Source of the DNA: Nitrososphaeraceae archaeon
GTDB lineage: Archaea > Thermoproteota > Nitrososphaeria > Nitrososphaerales > Nitrososphaeraceae
NCBI GenBank assembly: GCA_035250975.1
Contig: DATFEP010000066.1
Location: forward strand, 12,117 to 76,116
DNA: 64,000 bases
Direction of reading: 5' to 3'
The position numbers and the translations under genes were made by a program. Positions 21,588 to 31,753 of this stretch are shown piece by piece. The stretch's first letter is position 1. Each line of letters begins with the position of its first letter. The notes beneath the pieces are model-generated. The model made no database searches. It was given only the letters and a program-made list of their open reading frames with translations, and was not told where the DNA came from.

Positions 21588-22142
21588 TTGAATGGTGACG
21601 ACAACGACAGTAGGATCAGAGAAATTATCAATAACAGTATCAGATATCTTGAAATTTATCTTAACAACTTAAATGATGGCCAAAAAATTCCACAAAGTTC
21701 CAAAAATATGGAAAATAATAGGAAATCACATATTAAAAAAAATAAAAAAAATGCAAAAAATATAAAAGATAAAAGTTATCGTACTCATCAACATGCAATT
21801 CAGACTCCAAACACGCACAATCCAAGTAATAAAACAATATATGAACAAGAAATAACTTTAAATGAGAATGAATACAATATATGGAAAGCATACAGCTGGA
21901 TTGAATATTCTATACTGCAGCTCAGATTAAAAAAATACAATTTAATGGATACTTATTCCACTGATAAGACCATTAGTAAAAAAAGGAATAGAAAGATTGT
22001 AGATAATAAAAAGTTGATTATCGAATTAAAGCAACACTTGCAAAATTTGGATTATGATAATCATGAATCTCTTTTAAATAATTTAAGAGAAATCAGAAAT
22101 AATTTGATGATAATCGTAAAAAAAACAATCCTTAAAAGATAA
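21588..22142 (+). CDS. Hypothetical protein
   Basis: 184-aa ORF with IWKAYSWIEYSILQLRL core. Confidence 0.6.
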   Translation: MNGDDNDSRIREIINNSIRYLEIYLNNLNDGQKIPQSSKNMENNRKSHIKKNKKNAKNIKDKSYRTHQHAIQTPNTHNPSNKTIYEQEITLNENEYNIWKAYSWIEYSILQLRLKKYNLMDTYSTDKTISKKRNRKIVDNKKLIIELKQHLQNLDYDNHESLLNNLREIRNNLMIIVKKTILKR

Positions 22143-22259
22143 ATTGGTATTGCTGTTTTTTAAGTTTATTATTAATTAGGCCGGGTCGTTATTCTTTTTC
22201 TGTAGATATCACGTATAGCTAGTTGAAGTATGTCTCAATTATTGAATAATTTTGTAGTC

Positions 22260-23261
22260 CTATTTTCTTCTATCTATCACAGCATTTACGTCCGCACCGG
22301 TTCCAATTAGGACTATTTTAAGACCTAGTTCTGACTCGATGTTTTCAATAAAATTTCGTGCATTGATTGGAAGTTTTGTATATTCCGTGATTCCTGCAGT
22401 CTGAGGGTATAAAACATCCATTTTTGTTATAGCAAGACTAGTTGCACCATTGAGACGAATTGCTTTCTTTGCCATCTCGATGTTAAATGGTGACGACCTC
22501 CGTTCCCGTCCAGTAACGCTTCCAAATTCCAACCATCCTCGCTTGACAGACTCATCTCTGTCCAATTCATTTTCTAAGGGACCTGCACCTACCCTGGTAA
22601 CATAAGATTTGAATACCACCAAGACGTCATCTACATTTTTTGGACCAATGCCCACATCTGCACATATAGATGATGCAGTTACATCTTTTGATGTGACGAA
22701 TGGATATCCACCGTGAAATAGTGAGAGAAAAGTTCCTTGTGTCCCTTCTATAAGAACATCTTCTTTTTTGTCCAAATGGAAATGAATCATAGAGCTAACA
22801 TCAGAAATATAATCTTTTAATTCGGCCTGATCCTTGGCTAATGTTAATATTCGTAAAGCTCTGTCGGAATTTGCAGGTCCAGTACCTGTACCAGTCGTTC
22901 CAATATTTTTCAAATGGTTTATAGAAATATCTTTTTGAATATGTTCTTTAGAAATTATACCGCAATTTCCATCAATAAAGATTCTTTTGTGTGCATTAAA
23001 TGAAGTAATTTCTTGAATCAATACTTCCGGATTAACTAAAACCCCTGCACCTACCGCCAGTTTAGTCTTTGTGTTGAGGGCAGCACTAGGCAGCATCCTA
23101 ACTTTGAATGTCTTGTCACCCACTACAAAAGTATGACCAGCGTTGGGTCCGACTCCACCTCTTGCTGCAAGACTAGTATTATCCTTATTTACAATATGAG
23201 CTACAATCTTTCCTTTACCTTCGTCGCCAAAAAATCCGCCCACAACTACAGTACATCCCAT
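22260..23261 (-). CDS. purA: Adenylosuccinate synthetase
   Basis: GDEGKGK, GPNAGHT, EGTQG, YPFVTS, VTGRERR. Confidence 0.96.
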   Translation of the reverse strand: MGCTVVVGGFFGDEGKGKIVAHIVNKDNTSLAARGGVGPNAGHTFVVGDKTFKVRMLPSAALNTKTKLAVGAGVLVNPEVLIQEITSFNAHKRIFIDGNCGIISKEHIQKDISINHLKNIGTTGTGTGPANSDRALRILTLAKDQAELKDYISDVSSMIHFHLDKKEDVLIEGTQGTFLSLFHGGYPFVTSKDVTASSICADVGIGPKNVDDVLVVFKSYVTRVGAGPLENELDRDESVKRGWLEFGSVTGRERRSSPFNIEMAKKAIRLNGATSLAITKMDVLYPQTAGITEYTKLPINARNFIENIESELGLKIVLIGTGADVNAVIDRRK

Positions 23262-23399
23262 AAAAGATAGTAAAAATCATCTATATTTATTTCATGATTT
23301 AAAGCACAGAAGATATATTTTTAGTACGATGCAGGCTTTTTGAAAACAAAAACCCTTAAAAGGAATTACATATATTAGCAAAACCAGTTAATATTTTTA

Positions 23400-23861
23400 G
23401 TGTCTGCAACTCCCCAAACAACTGAAAATGTTATAGAGATTCTAGCTAATCTACAAGTTTTTTTACGAAAACCGATAATAAAAAATAAACTTTTAGATTT
23501 TTATAAATTAGAAAAAATTGATCAGATCGAAATAATTAATTTAGTATTGGAATCCATACCAAATGTAGATGTCAATACTTTTCAAGAATTAATTACATCG
23601 TGGTTTGAAGTTGTCTCAAAGTTTGATAATAAAAAAATTACCTATATCATGCAGATCTATCTTGAAGAAATAGTCAAAAGATCTGATCTGATTTCTAAAT
23701 TAATTCCGCCTGTAATTAAAGCAATAAAGAATATGAAGGAAGATGAAAAAGAAATACTAAGAATTTGCTTCTTGGAAACATTATTTACTATTAATTTTCG
23801 AAAAGAGATTATTAAAAACCTTGATAATTCATCACTTGATTTATTGAAGATTGCAAAATAA
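23400..23861 (+). CDS. Conserved hypothetical helical protein
   Basis: 153-aa ORF divergent from purA. Confidence 0.65.
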   Translation: MSATPQTTENVIEILANLQVFLRKPIIKNKLLDFYKLEKIDQIEIINLVLESIPNVDVNTFQELITSWFEVVSKFDNKKITYIMQIYLEEIVKRSDLISKLIPPVIKAIKNMKEDEKEILRICFLETLFTINFRKEIIKNLDNSSLDLLKIAK

Positions 23862-23933
23862 ACATTCTAAATTAACTGACTGCTAAATATCAAATATATA
23901 TAAATTTTTTAAAAAAAAGGTGAGAAAGGTTGT

Positions 23934-24299
23934 CTATGGTTGAAGCAGTTTTATTGCTTCATTGGCATGCATTAATGCAGAATCTTTGTTTCCCTCTTTT
24001 GCCATTTTAATAGCCGCTTCTACCCGCTTTTCTGCAGTTTTATCTGGCATATCCTCCATCAAGCCCTCAACTTGAATAAGGAGTTTCTTTGCCTTATTTG
24101 TATCATCATTATTTATTGCTGCAATCGCATCTTGTATTAAATTAATTTCTTCAGAAAATGTTCCCGTTTGAGACACATCAACTGAATTGGTAGTGTTCTC
24201 ATTTTGGGAGAATGAAGGTACAGTATTGTTTGCTGATAACAAAAATGCAAATGCTAATACTGTTGCACTCATTCCTGATAAAATCTTTTTTGTATCCAT
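23934..24299 (-). CDS. Secreted small helical protein
   Basis: N-terminal signal peptide; two amphipathic AIxAxxxxDxxxA-type repeats. Confidence 0.75.
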   Translation of the reverse strand: MDTKKILSGMSATVLAFAFLLSANNTVPSFSQNENTTNSVDVSQTGTFSEEINLIQDAIAAINNDDTNKAKKLLIQVEGLMEDMPDKTAEKRVEAAIKMAKEGNKDSALMHANEAIKLLQP

Positions 24300-24501
24300 A
24301 AAAAAGAGTACAGATAATCGATATATATAGATTTCTCATTTCTTAAATTATTGTTACCATATTATCAATATTTAATAACATATTAGAATAATTATTAATG
24401 ACATTATATTTTTTACAGTTAGAAAATAAAATAACGATAAAAAATGATCCTGGAGCTCTATCTTTGTTACAATGTTGTCTTGATAGAAGACACATCGTAA
24501 G

Positions 24502-24954
24502 CTATTTTTTAGCTTTGATATCCACCAGTTTCCTTTCCTTACCTCTCTGTATAGAACAAATCAGATAAATGGACAATGCTGATATCAATACCTGCAAAAT
24601 CTTACTTGCAATATCCATTTTTCCAATATAGTACTCTATTCCTATTGGAGGAACGCCAACGGTTCGTGAAGCAATATAAATTCCTATCAGAGTGATCGAA
24701 CCCGCTGTCAAAACTATATATGGTAATACTGACGAAAGTTTTTTCTTTATCATCCAAATCACAGTAAGCATATAACCTACTCCAGTAGTCAAGAACAATG
24801 TCATCTCAATCTGCTTTTCCTGTATTTCACCCAGTACTCCAGCATCAATAAAATCGATCAAGTCCGAGTACTCCCCAGAAGCCACATAAAAATACACGAC
24901 AGCAGTAGATACTACTATTCCAGCAAGAAGATAAACTAGTAATTTTGAAAGCAC
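24502..24954 (-). CDS. Four-helix membrane protein
   Basis: Four hydrophobic segments; YIASRTVGVP..DIASKILQ motif. Confidence 0.75.
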   Translation of the reverse strand: MLSKLLVYLLAGIVVSTAVVYFYVASGEYSDLIDFIDAGVLGEIQEKQIEMTLFLTTGVGYMLTVIWMIKKKLSSVLPYIVLTAGSITLIGIYIASRTVGVPPIGIEYYIGKMDIASKILQVLISALSIYLICSIQRGKERKLVDIKAKK

Positions 24955-26321
24955 GTTAGTATTTTCTTAATATATTATAATAACACTGAAGTAACAAAGT
25001 TAAGAATACATAGAACTTTGTTATATGGTTCTGGTAAGAGAAACTTATTTTCTATAATTTTGTTATATAAAACATAAATATAACAATAAATTTTTTTGAA
25101 AAAATTTTTCACATAACTATAGTAATTAACAATTACTGTTACAATCAATATATTTTTCGTATATTCCGATCTTTGTTATTTTTGGAAACTTTATTAGTAT
25201 ATAATTTTGCAACTTATTATTTTTCAAAAATATAGATTTATTACAATAAGGTAAATTTACAAATTTCCGTCAAATTCTCATAACCAAAAATACTCGATTT
25301 TGAAGGAAAAATTGGCGTGATTCATTTGGTATTTACAAATATCACATGACAACGAAGAAGCGTATAATTATAATTTTCTATGATGGACATAAACGAACAC
25401 AGCAGTTGAGGATAGCTAGATTAGCAGTAGGATTACCAATTGGATTGTAAAGAGACACGTAGACAATAAATATATTATTTTGTTAAAAACTAACCCTATG
25501 AATTTGAAAGTCTTTGTATATTTCTATCCGTGTTCATATAAATATCCTATGTTCCCAGAAACATTTGATTGCATATTCAACACTTTTATCATATCAAGTC
25601 TATCGTACATAACTTAGATTGGGTTTTTTCATCTTATTTCCGTATTCCTATTATATTTTTCATACTATTATTTGCGTCTTAATAACATAATACTCGAACT
25701 TTCTATTTTACACATTACTTAAACTTTATGAGCTCACTATTATATCTGTTAGTCATATTTATCCAAAATCCTTTCTACTTTTGATTCCTTTATTACAATA
25801 TTTTTAAAAATTTATTTTTGCACCTAGTATTATTGATAACCTGTTATCTTATCAGTACAGACTAATTTTTTAGACTCCTTCTTTTCGAATTTATTTCAGG
25901 TAATATATGTCTTTTATGACTAACTTTAATGAGAAATGAAATAATATTTTTGGCATTGCACCATTGTTTTTATTAATAAATTCCTGTAATATCTTATAGA
26001 AAAGAGATCATTGATGACCATAGAAACAGGTGCAAATTATATCTCAGTACTTCTCTTCGAATCACGCTGTTTTTGTTTCAATATTCTATTCTTGGAACAA
26101 TAATTATTTGTGACCCAGTATGTTAGTACAAGTGTTTTTTTCCCATATGCAAACATGAGGAGAGTATAGAAAGTCATAAAACATGATGATCTATCGTCCT
26201 AATGTAGATTTTCGATTATTTTATTTAATATCATATAAACCTTCTCTTATTTTTTAAAATTTTAGGGTCAAATAGATGTATATATATGTCAGTGTGAACA
26301 ATATTGCTCTAGCTTTATTAA

Positions 26322-26630
26322 TTGGGAAAACCGAAAAGATTCTCCGCTGAATACACAATGCTCACAATATTGGAGTATTTATGCCTAAATTCCAAAAATA
26401 CTCCGGTTAGTAAATACCACATAATGACCAAAATTCAAGAAATAAAACAACAGCGGCCAGACAGGATATCTATGCTTTTAAATAAATTAGAACAAAATGG
26501 TTATGTTTCCTCAATAGAAACGTCAAATGCGAGATTTTATACAATAACCCAGAAAGGAATATCTGAATATTTGAAGTGGGTTAAGGATTTTCTCTTGTTT
26601 GTAAGAACTAACAATCAAATGATTAGTTGA
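26322..26630 (+). CDS. Winged-helix transcriptional regulator
   Basis: LLNKLEQNGYV..FYTITQKG wing signature; TATA-like TATATATA upstream. Confidence 0.85.
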   Translation: MGKPKRFSAEYTMLTILEYLCLNSKNTPVSKYHIMTKIQEIKQQRPDRISMLLNKLEQNGYVSSIETSNARFYTITQKGISEYLKWVKDFLLFVRTNNQMIS

Positions 26631-26646
26631 AAGATTCTTGAGGCAG

Positions 26647-27426
26647 TTAAATTACAATAGTAGGTTTTTCAACTAAGATAATTTTCTTGACAACGTCATC
26701 AGTCGATAAGTGAACAAAATCATACACATCGCTAGAAATCTGTTCTGAAACGATTAAGGCAAGACCAATTTTATTTTTATAAGAATATTCCTTTAGCGCC
26801 TTCGTAAAAGAATTGAGGATTTTGGTATCAACCAAATCATTATAAATATTAATAATTATTGCACCGTATTCTTGCATGGAACGAGAAAGCTCGTTATCGT
26901 TTTTTACGGTTGTATTATCTACCAAGATATTAATTACATTTCCACCAAAATTGACGTCGAAGAATTCATCATGTACAGGTCTTGTTTCCAAGTAATTTTG
27001 CAGAGGGTCGTTTATTGGTTCAAGAATTGATGATACAGCAGATAAAACTTCATCCTTGTTTCTGTTAGAAATCATCATTTTAATTTCCACAGTTAATGAA
27101 TTTTTTTCGAAAAGATCGGCCCATTTTTCTAATACCCGCTCAAATTTAAATAGAGGTCTAAGAACGATTGTTAAAATGACAAGCATGATTAAAGATAAAG
27201 AAATAATTAACATATCAATAGATTTATCGCCGACAATCAATTTTAATCCCATATCAGCCGACAAATCTAGAACAGTTAATGAGATTAATCCAATAATAAT
27301 TGCGATAAGATATGGAAATTTTTTCGTAATGGATTTTATAAAGATTGACGCTTCATGCCCGTATCTCGTTGGCAAGGTAGGAGAGTCCGAATCGAAATAC
27401 CGTGAATTACCACTTGTATTTACCAT
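26647..27426 (-). CDS. Membrane protein: 2 TM helices plus soluble alpha/beta C-terminal domain
   Basis: Two long hydrophobic helices; convergent with the wHTH gene. Confidence 0.75.
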   Translation of the reverse strand: MVNTSGNSRYFDSDSPTLPTRYGHEASIFIKSITKKFPYLIAIIIGLISLTVLDLSADMGLKLIVGDKSIDMLIISLSLIMLVILTIVLRPLFKFERVLEKWADLFEKNSLTVEIKMMISNRNKDEVLSAVSSILEPINDPLQNYLETRPVHDEFFDVNFGGNVINILVDNTTVKNDNELSRSMQEYGAIIINIYNDLVDTKILNSFTKALKEYSYKNKIGLALIVSEQISSDVYDFVHLSTDDVVKKIILVEKPTIVI

Positions 27427-28016
27427 ATTTTTCTTAATACTTTTTTATGTATTTTTAACTATATAAGCAGTAATAGAACTATTTTACTGTAGTACAGGTA
27501 AAATAATTATTTTTTGGCTTTGCTAAGTTAAACCTCTTGATCTCTGTTAGATTCAAAATTAGAATAATTATTACCGCTTATAGAGCCATCATACATACAA
27601 TGAAAGGTTTGTACCCGCTTATCTACATATAATAGGATGATTTAATTTGCACACATGGATGGTCCTTAACAAGATTTTCTATTCTATCACCGAAATGTTG
27701 ATTAATTTTTTCCATCTGACATTTCCTTACAGGAGAATATAGATAGTGTTTAAATCAAAAAATATTGCATGCTCGATCATATACCATGTACTGCCTTTTG
27801 TAGCTGTATGTTTAGAACGTTTTCTCCTAAAGTAAAGGTCCAAAATATAAAATTAAATTTAAAAACTAAATTGTGACTGTAAAAAGAGACTGTCTTATTA
27901 AACAGTCAATAATATACAACAAAAGATAGTAAAAAAACATCAACTTTCTATTATAGGTATATTTCAAGAATACCAAAAATTACTAACCATTATAAATGTT
28001 AAAAGATAACCACATA

Positions 28017-28265
28017 TCACGGGTTATCTGGGTTCTTTTGTATTTCTTCTCCCTGTTCTAGACCAAAGAATATCTTCTCGTGTTTTTTCAGCGCTTTTCT
28101 ATGCTCTGCTAGTGACATATCTAATCTCATTTCATTTATAACCATAACTGCATAAGTTGTCCACTCCTTCCAACATTCAAGGCACGATGCATATTTTTGT
28201 GCCCCTGGGTCATTGACTAAATTTTCGTCAAAAGTTTTTTTACATTTAGAACATGTCTTAGCCAT
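28017..28265 (-). CDS. Fe(II)-trafficking / Fe-S protection protein (YggX-like)
   Basis: CLECWKEW..MVINEMRLDM..RKAL..IFF matches the YggX pattern. Confidence 0.8.
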   Translation of the reverse strand: MAKTCSKCKKTFDENLVNDPGAQKYASCLECWKEWTTYAVMVINEMRLDMSLAEHRKALKKHEKIFFGLEQGEEIQKNPDNP

Positions 28266-28282
28266 TTGATTTTAAATATATA

Positions 28283-28350
28283 AATTAGACTATATTTTAT
28301 TCTTCTGGATTTCCATAATTAGACTATATTTTATTCTTCTGGATTTCCAT
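28283..28350. repeat. Perfect 34-bp tandem duplication (AATTAGACTATATTTTATTCTTCTGGATTTCCAT x2)
   Basis: Copies at 28283-28316 and 28317-28350, in the promoter region of the YggX-like gene. Confidence 0.93.
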
Positions 28351-28376
28351 ATATTTTGATTCTTATCTATGATGTG

Positions 28377-28592
28377 TTATTTCTTTTTCATAACGTTGTA
28401 CGAATGAGATTTTTTTATATGATCTCGCATTTGTTCCATCCCATCAAAACTCAGATTGCATTTGTTGCATGTATATGATCTACCGGTTCCATGAATTACC
28501 TGTTGGTGTTGCATAGATTCTTCTATCTTTCTAAATTTTTTTTTACATATTTTACACTCATATCTCTTGAAAACTTTTTCAAAAAAAATCAA
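28377..28592 (-). CDS. Tandem C2H2 zinc-finger protein
   Basis: YECKICKKKF..HQQVIH and YTCNKCNLSF..HIKKSH. Confidence 0.88.
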   Translation of the reverse strand: MIFFEKVFKRYECKICKKKFRKIEESMQHQQVIHGTGRSYTCNKCNLSFDGMEQMRDHIKKSHSYNVMKKK

Positions 28593-28831
28593 TAGTTAAG
28601 TAGTGCTTGAAAAAATATAAAAACATTTGGTCTGAAGAGTAATATAGCTGGAAAAGGGTCTGTTGATTTAAGATTATATGAAATTGAGTTATCCTTCCTA
28701 TCTGCCTCAGCCGTAACTGCAGATATAGTTCCGATACTCACCTTCATTAATTTGTGGATTTCAAAAGTCGAAAGCCCTTCTAAATATTTTGTAATAATTT
28801 CTGATTTTATTGATTCGGGAAAATGTCTCAC
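28589..28831 (-). pseudogene. Truncated HTH protein, related to the HTH-coiled-coil gene at 41756-43151
   Basis: IKSEIITKYLEGLSTFEIHKLMKVSIGTISAV HTH followed by a degenerate tail. Confidence 0.55.
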
Positions 28832-29132
28832 TTAAAAGAAGAATAGGAATTTATTTAAAATATTTACTATCTATTTAATAAATTTGAATTTAAAATCTAT
28901 TAAATTCTAATATTCAAGATGATTTACACTAAATTTTAATTTTTTTTATATTAATTCTTCGAATAAACATATCTATTACTTTTTTTTGGACGAACTAGCT
29001 TAGTAAACATATATCCGTGAAAATTTCTAGTGATAACGTCAGGATAAATTTAAAAACGTAAATAGCATATATCAATTTCTTCTTCTGGTATTGCCATAGT
29101 GATATATCGATATGTGCACAAAATCGCTGTTT

Positions 29133-29254
29133 TGAAAGGTACTTGAAAGAAATTTGAAAATTATATGAAAGCTAAAAATACTTAATTGAAAAGCTCATCA
29201 AATGTGTTTGAAAATTTTCAATAAAAAAGACACCCTTTTGAAAATAACCTGAAA
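29133..29254. repeat. Helically phased TGAAA direct-repeat array
   Basis: TGAAA at 29133, 29144, 29155, 29166, 29187, 29209, 29239, 29250; TCAAA at 29198. Confidence 0.65.
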
Positions 29255-29647
29255 ACCACTTATTATTTTGTAAACATTATTATCCAGTCATTATCTTTTA
29301 ATCTCTTTTAGAATGCAGATAAAATAAAAGATTTGTATTATAACATTTGTACCAGTCAAATGTTAAACCAATCGATGATATTTGATCAAATTAGACAAAT
29401 GAAATGCAAAGGGATGATTATTTAGTATTTATAGATCAGGTATAAACCGGTCAAAATGGTTACAGTCAAATACCACAAAAAAACTAATGATGAGGTTAAA
29501 CGAACACTCCTGCCAAAAATTAATCTCAGTTAAGTAATTATGCTGTTATCCAATTGTACGAATAAAAATATAATTTCTTGCACATTAAATAACTATCAGC
29601 TATCTTTAACCTATTCTAAAAACATAAAAAATTAAAATAAAAAGTAC

Positions 29648-29782
29648 TTAACTTTTTGATTTGAATGCTAACTTTTCAATGGCTTGACTATAATTAGTCA
29701 TTCCCATTTTCTTTGCATATTCTTCAATAATTAATAATTCATCTGGTTTAAAGCATATAGGCATACTTCTCTTCTGACTCAT
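29648..29782 (-). CDS. Small (44 aa) ribbon-helix-helix-like protein
   Basis: Hand translation MSQKRSMPICFKPDELLIIEEYAKKMGMTNYSQAIEKLAFKSKS; beta-helix-G-helix pattern; below the ORF-track cutoff. Confidence 0.7.
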   Translation of the reverse strand: MSQKRSMPICFKPDELLIIEEYAKKMGMTNYSQAIEKLAFKSKS

Positions 29783-29875
29783 ACGGTAAGAGACGGGTCT
29801 GTACTTTTTATGTGTTTCCAAAAATTTTATGCATTTTCAATTATAAATATTATAAATTAAATTAAAATAAGATAT

Positions 29876-30268
29876 TTATCCTTTAGCTCTCACTATCTTG
29901 ACTCTATCAAGAACCTTCCAGTATTCAATTTCTCCTCCTTGAACAATCTTATCTCTTACCTCTTCCTCGACCGAAGAAGTTTCAAATACCTCAAACGTTT
30001 CCAGATCCATTATTTGTAATGAAGAACCTGTTATAGAAACTATTTGACCACTTCGTTTGTCTATCAATGGAACTTCCACATTAGCAGAAACAGGTGAAAC
30101 CATGCTATGCTTGGATCCGTCAAAAACACCTATTGCTGAGACTCGAGCTTTTGCAGATCCATGTTTTCCCGGTTTGCTATGATCATAAGAAACTATTCTA
30201 CAAGGTTCATTATCAATAATAATGTAGGATCCAACTTTTAAACTTCCAAGATCCATTGGTTTACTCAT
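29876..30268 (-). CDS. eif5a: Translation factor aIF5A
   Basis: Hypusine loop SKPGKHGSAKAR. Confidence 0.97.
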   Translation of the reverse strand: MSKPMDLGSLKVGSYIIIDNEPCRIVSYDHSKPGKHGSAKARVSAIGVFDGSKHSMVSPVSANVEVPLIDKRSGQIVSITGSSLQIMDLETFEVFETSSVEEEVRDKIVQGGEIEYWKVLDRVKIVRAKG

Positions 30269-30593
30269 AATTACTCAAAGAGAAAACATTTTGGTATATA
30301 ATATTTCTGTTTCATCTTGAATATTCTAAGCGAATTATCACTCTTTGACACTAGTTCTATATAAACTGGGAAATATCACCAGTCATCAACCGAGTAGAAG
30401 ATACATAAAACGAGAAAATTCTAACGTAGTCCGTTGATTACTTAATACGTTAAGATAATTGATACCAACAAAACTACCAATACACAATAAGATAAAAAGA
30501 TAGAAAATGAATAAGATATAGCAGAACATAAACAAAATATGCTAAAAAAATAAACAAATGGCTTTTAATATTTAAAATAACAAGAACAGTATT

Positions 30594-30731
30594 ATGAATA
30601 ATACGTGCTGCTACGGCTGTAATACACCCATATACTGGCATACTGTCCGAGGAGAATATTGGGAGCTATACACAAACAAGAAACATAAATGTCCCTTTCT
30701 GCAGAAACAACAACTACAAGAAATAAAATAA
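30594..30731 (+). CDS. Small (45 aa) zinc-binding protein, CxxC...HxC
   Basis: MNNTCCYGCNTPIYWHTVRGEYWELYTNKKHKCPFLQKQQLQEIK; TATA-like TTTAATAT/TTTAAAA about 25 nt upstream. Confidence 0.7.
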   Translation: MNNTCCYGCNTPIYWHTVRGEYWELYTNKKHKCPFLQKQQLQEIK

Positions 30732-30877
30732 GGAAAATATTATTATAATCCTCTTGCGGAGATATTATTGTTATAGCTATATTATTATGGAATTATTAGT
30801 ATTATGAAATATTTAATTAAGTAATTTCTGCTTCAATCACTTCTACCTATTAGCATGTTTAAGGCTAGGAAAAATAT

Positions 30878-31753
30878 CTATCTCTTGGTACTTTTTGCTA
30901 CGTACCATTTGGCAGAGGAAATTTTTTTTGAATATCTCATTTCATAATAAGGGATGAACATGTAACAATATATGGTAGATAATCCACCAACCGGATCCTT
31001 TAAAAAACAACCTATGGTTGCTTTTAAATTCACGCTTGTTGACAGTTCTTCTCCCTTGTAAAAAGAGATCTGTCTGTGACCAGATCTAGCTCTTAAGACT
31101 TGGGACGAAAAATCGTAAAGCGTAGATGGGGACTTGAAAAATACCTTTGCATCATCATTATACCATATCTTCTCATCTAATTCAATAAGCTTATTTTGTA
31201 AAAAAAGATCAATTGCAATAATATTTTCGGGGATGAATATCTTTTTTGCCAAGTCATTACGTATTGCAAGTCCTCTTCCCATTACAGTATACCTGGTCAG
31301 ATTCGATCTCCGAATTTTTCGCAGCCAATTAGAAATGAATGTGGTTGCTCTGCCGTATATGTTAGAATATTTGATTGGTTGTGGATTTGAAGCACAAAGT
31401 CCGATATCTTTTCCAGAAATGGATTTGACTAAGTTAAAAGTACAGTTCTTTTCCAATCTTATATCAGCATCATAAAGAACTAGGATATCTCCACTTGATT
31501 CCCGAAATATTTCGTTCCATCCTGACGCAGCACCCCTTCTTGTCTCTGAATGAAATAGTCGAATAGACATATTGGGATTTGCCTTTATAAAATCCCTTAT
31601 CAAATCAGGAGTAACATCAGAAGAGTCATCAGATATGACTATTTCCTTTAAGAGAAATGGAGCAGGAATATTTTGCGATTTTATAGAATTTAGTAAGGTA
31701 ATAATATTTTTTTCCTCATTATAAGAAATAATACCAATAGAAATTTCCTTCAT
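30878..31753 (-). CDS. Glycosyltransferase family 2
   Basis: ISIGIISYNEE, SDDSSD, LYDADI. Confidence 0.88.
   Translation of the reverse strand: MKEISIGIISYNEEKNIITLLNSIKSQNIPAPFLLKEIVISDDSSDVTPDLIRDFIKANPNMSIRLFHSETRRGAASGWNEIFRESSGDILVLYDADIRLEKNCTFNLVKSISGKDIGLCASNPQPIKYSNIYGRATTFISNWLRKIRRSNLTRYTVMGRGLAIRNDLAKKIFIPENIIAIDLFLQNKLIELDEKIWYNDDAKVFFKSPSTLYDFSSQVLRARSGHRQISFYKGEELSTSVNLKATIGCFLKDPVGGLSTIYCYMFIPYYEMRYSKKISSAKWYVAKSTKR

Noticed and set aside
27570-27910. Short minus-strand peptide MEKINQHFGDRIENLVKD and a GACTGT-N8-ACAGTC inverted repeat
   Set aside because: Too short to assign; could be a gene remnant or chance.
28283-28350. CRISPR-like repeat
   Set aside because: Only two abutting copies, with no spacer and no cas genes.
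29488-29535. Box C-like ATGATGA suggesting a C/D sRNA
   Set aside because: No properly placed box D (CTGA).
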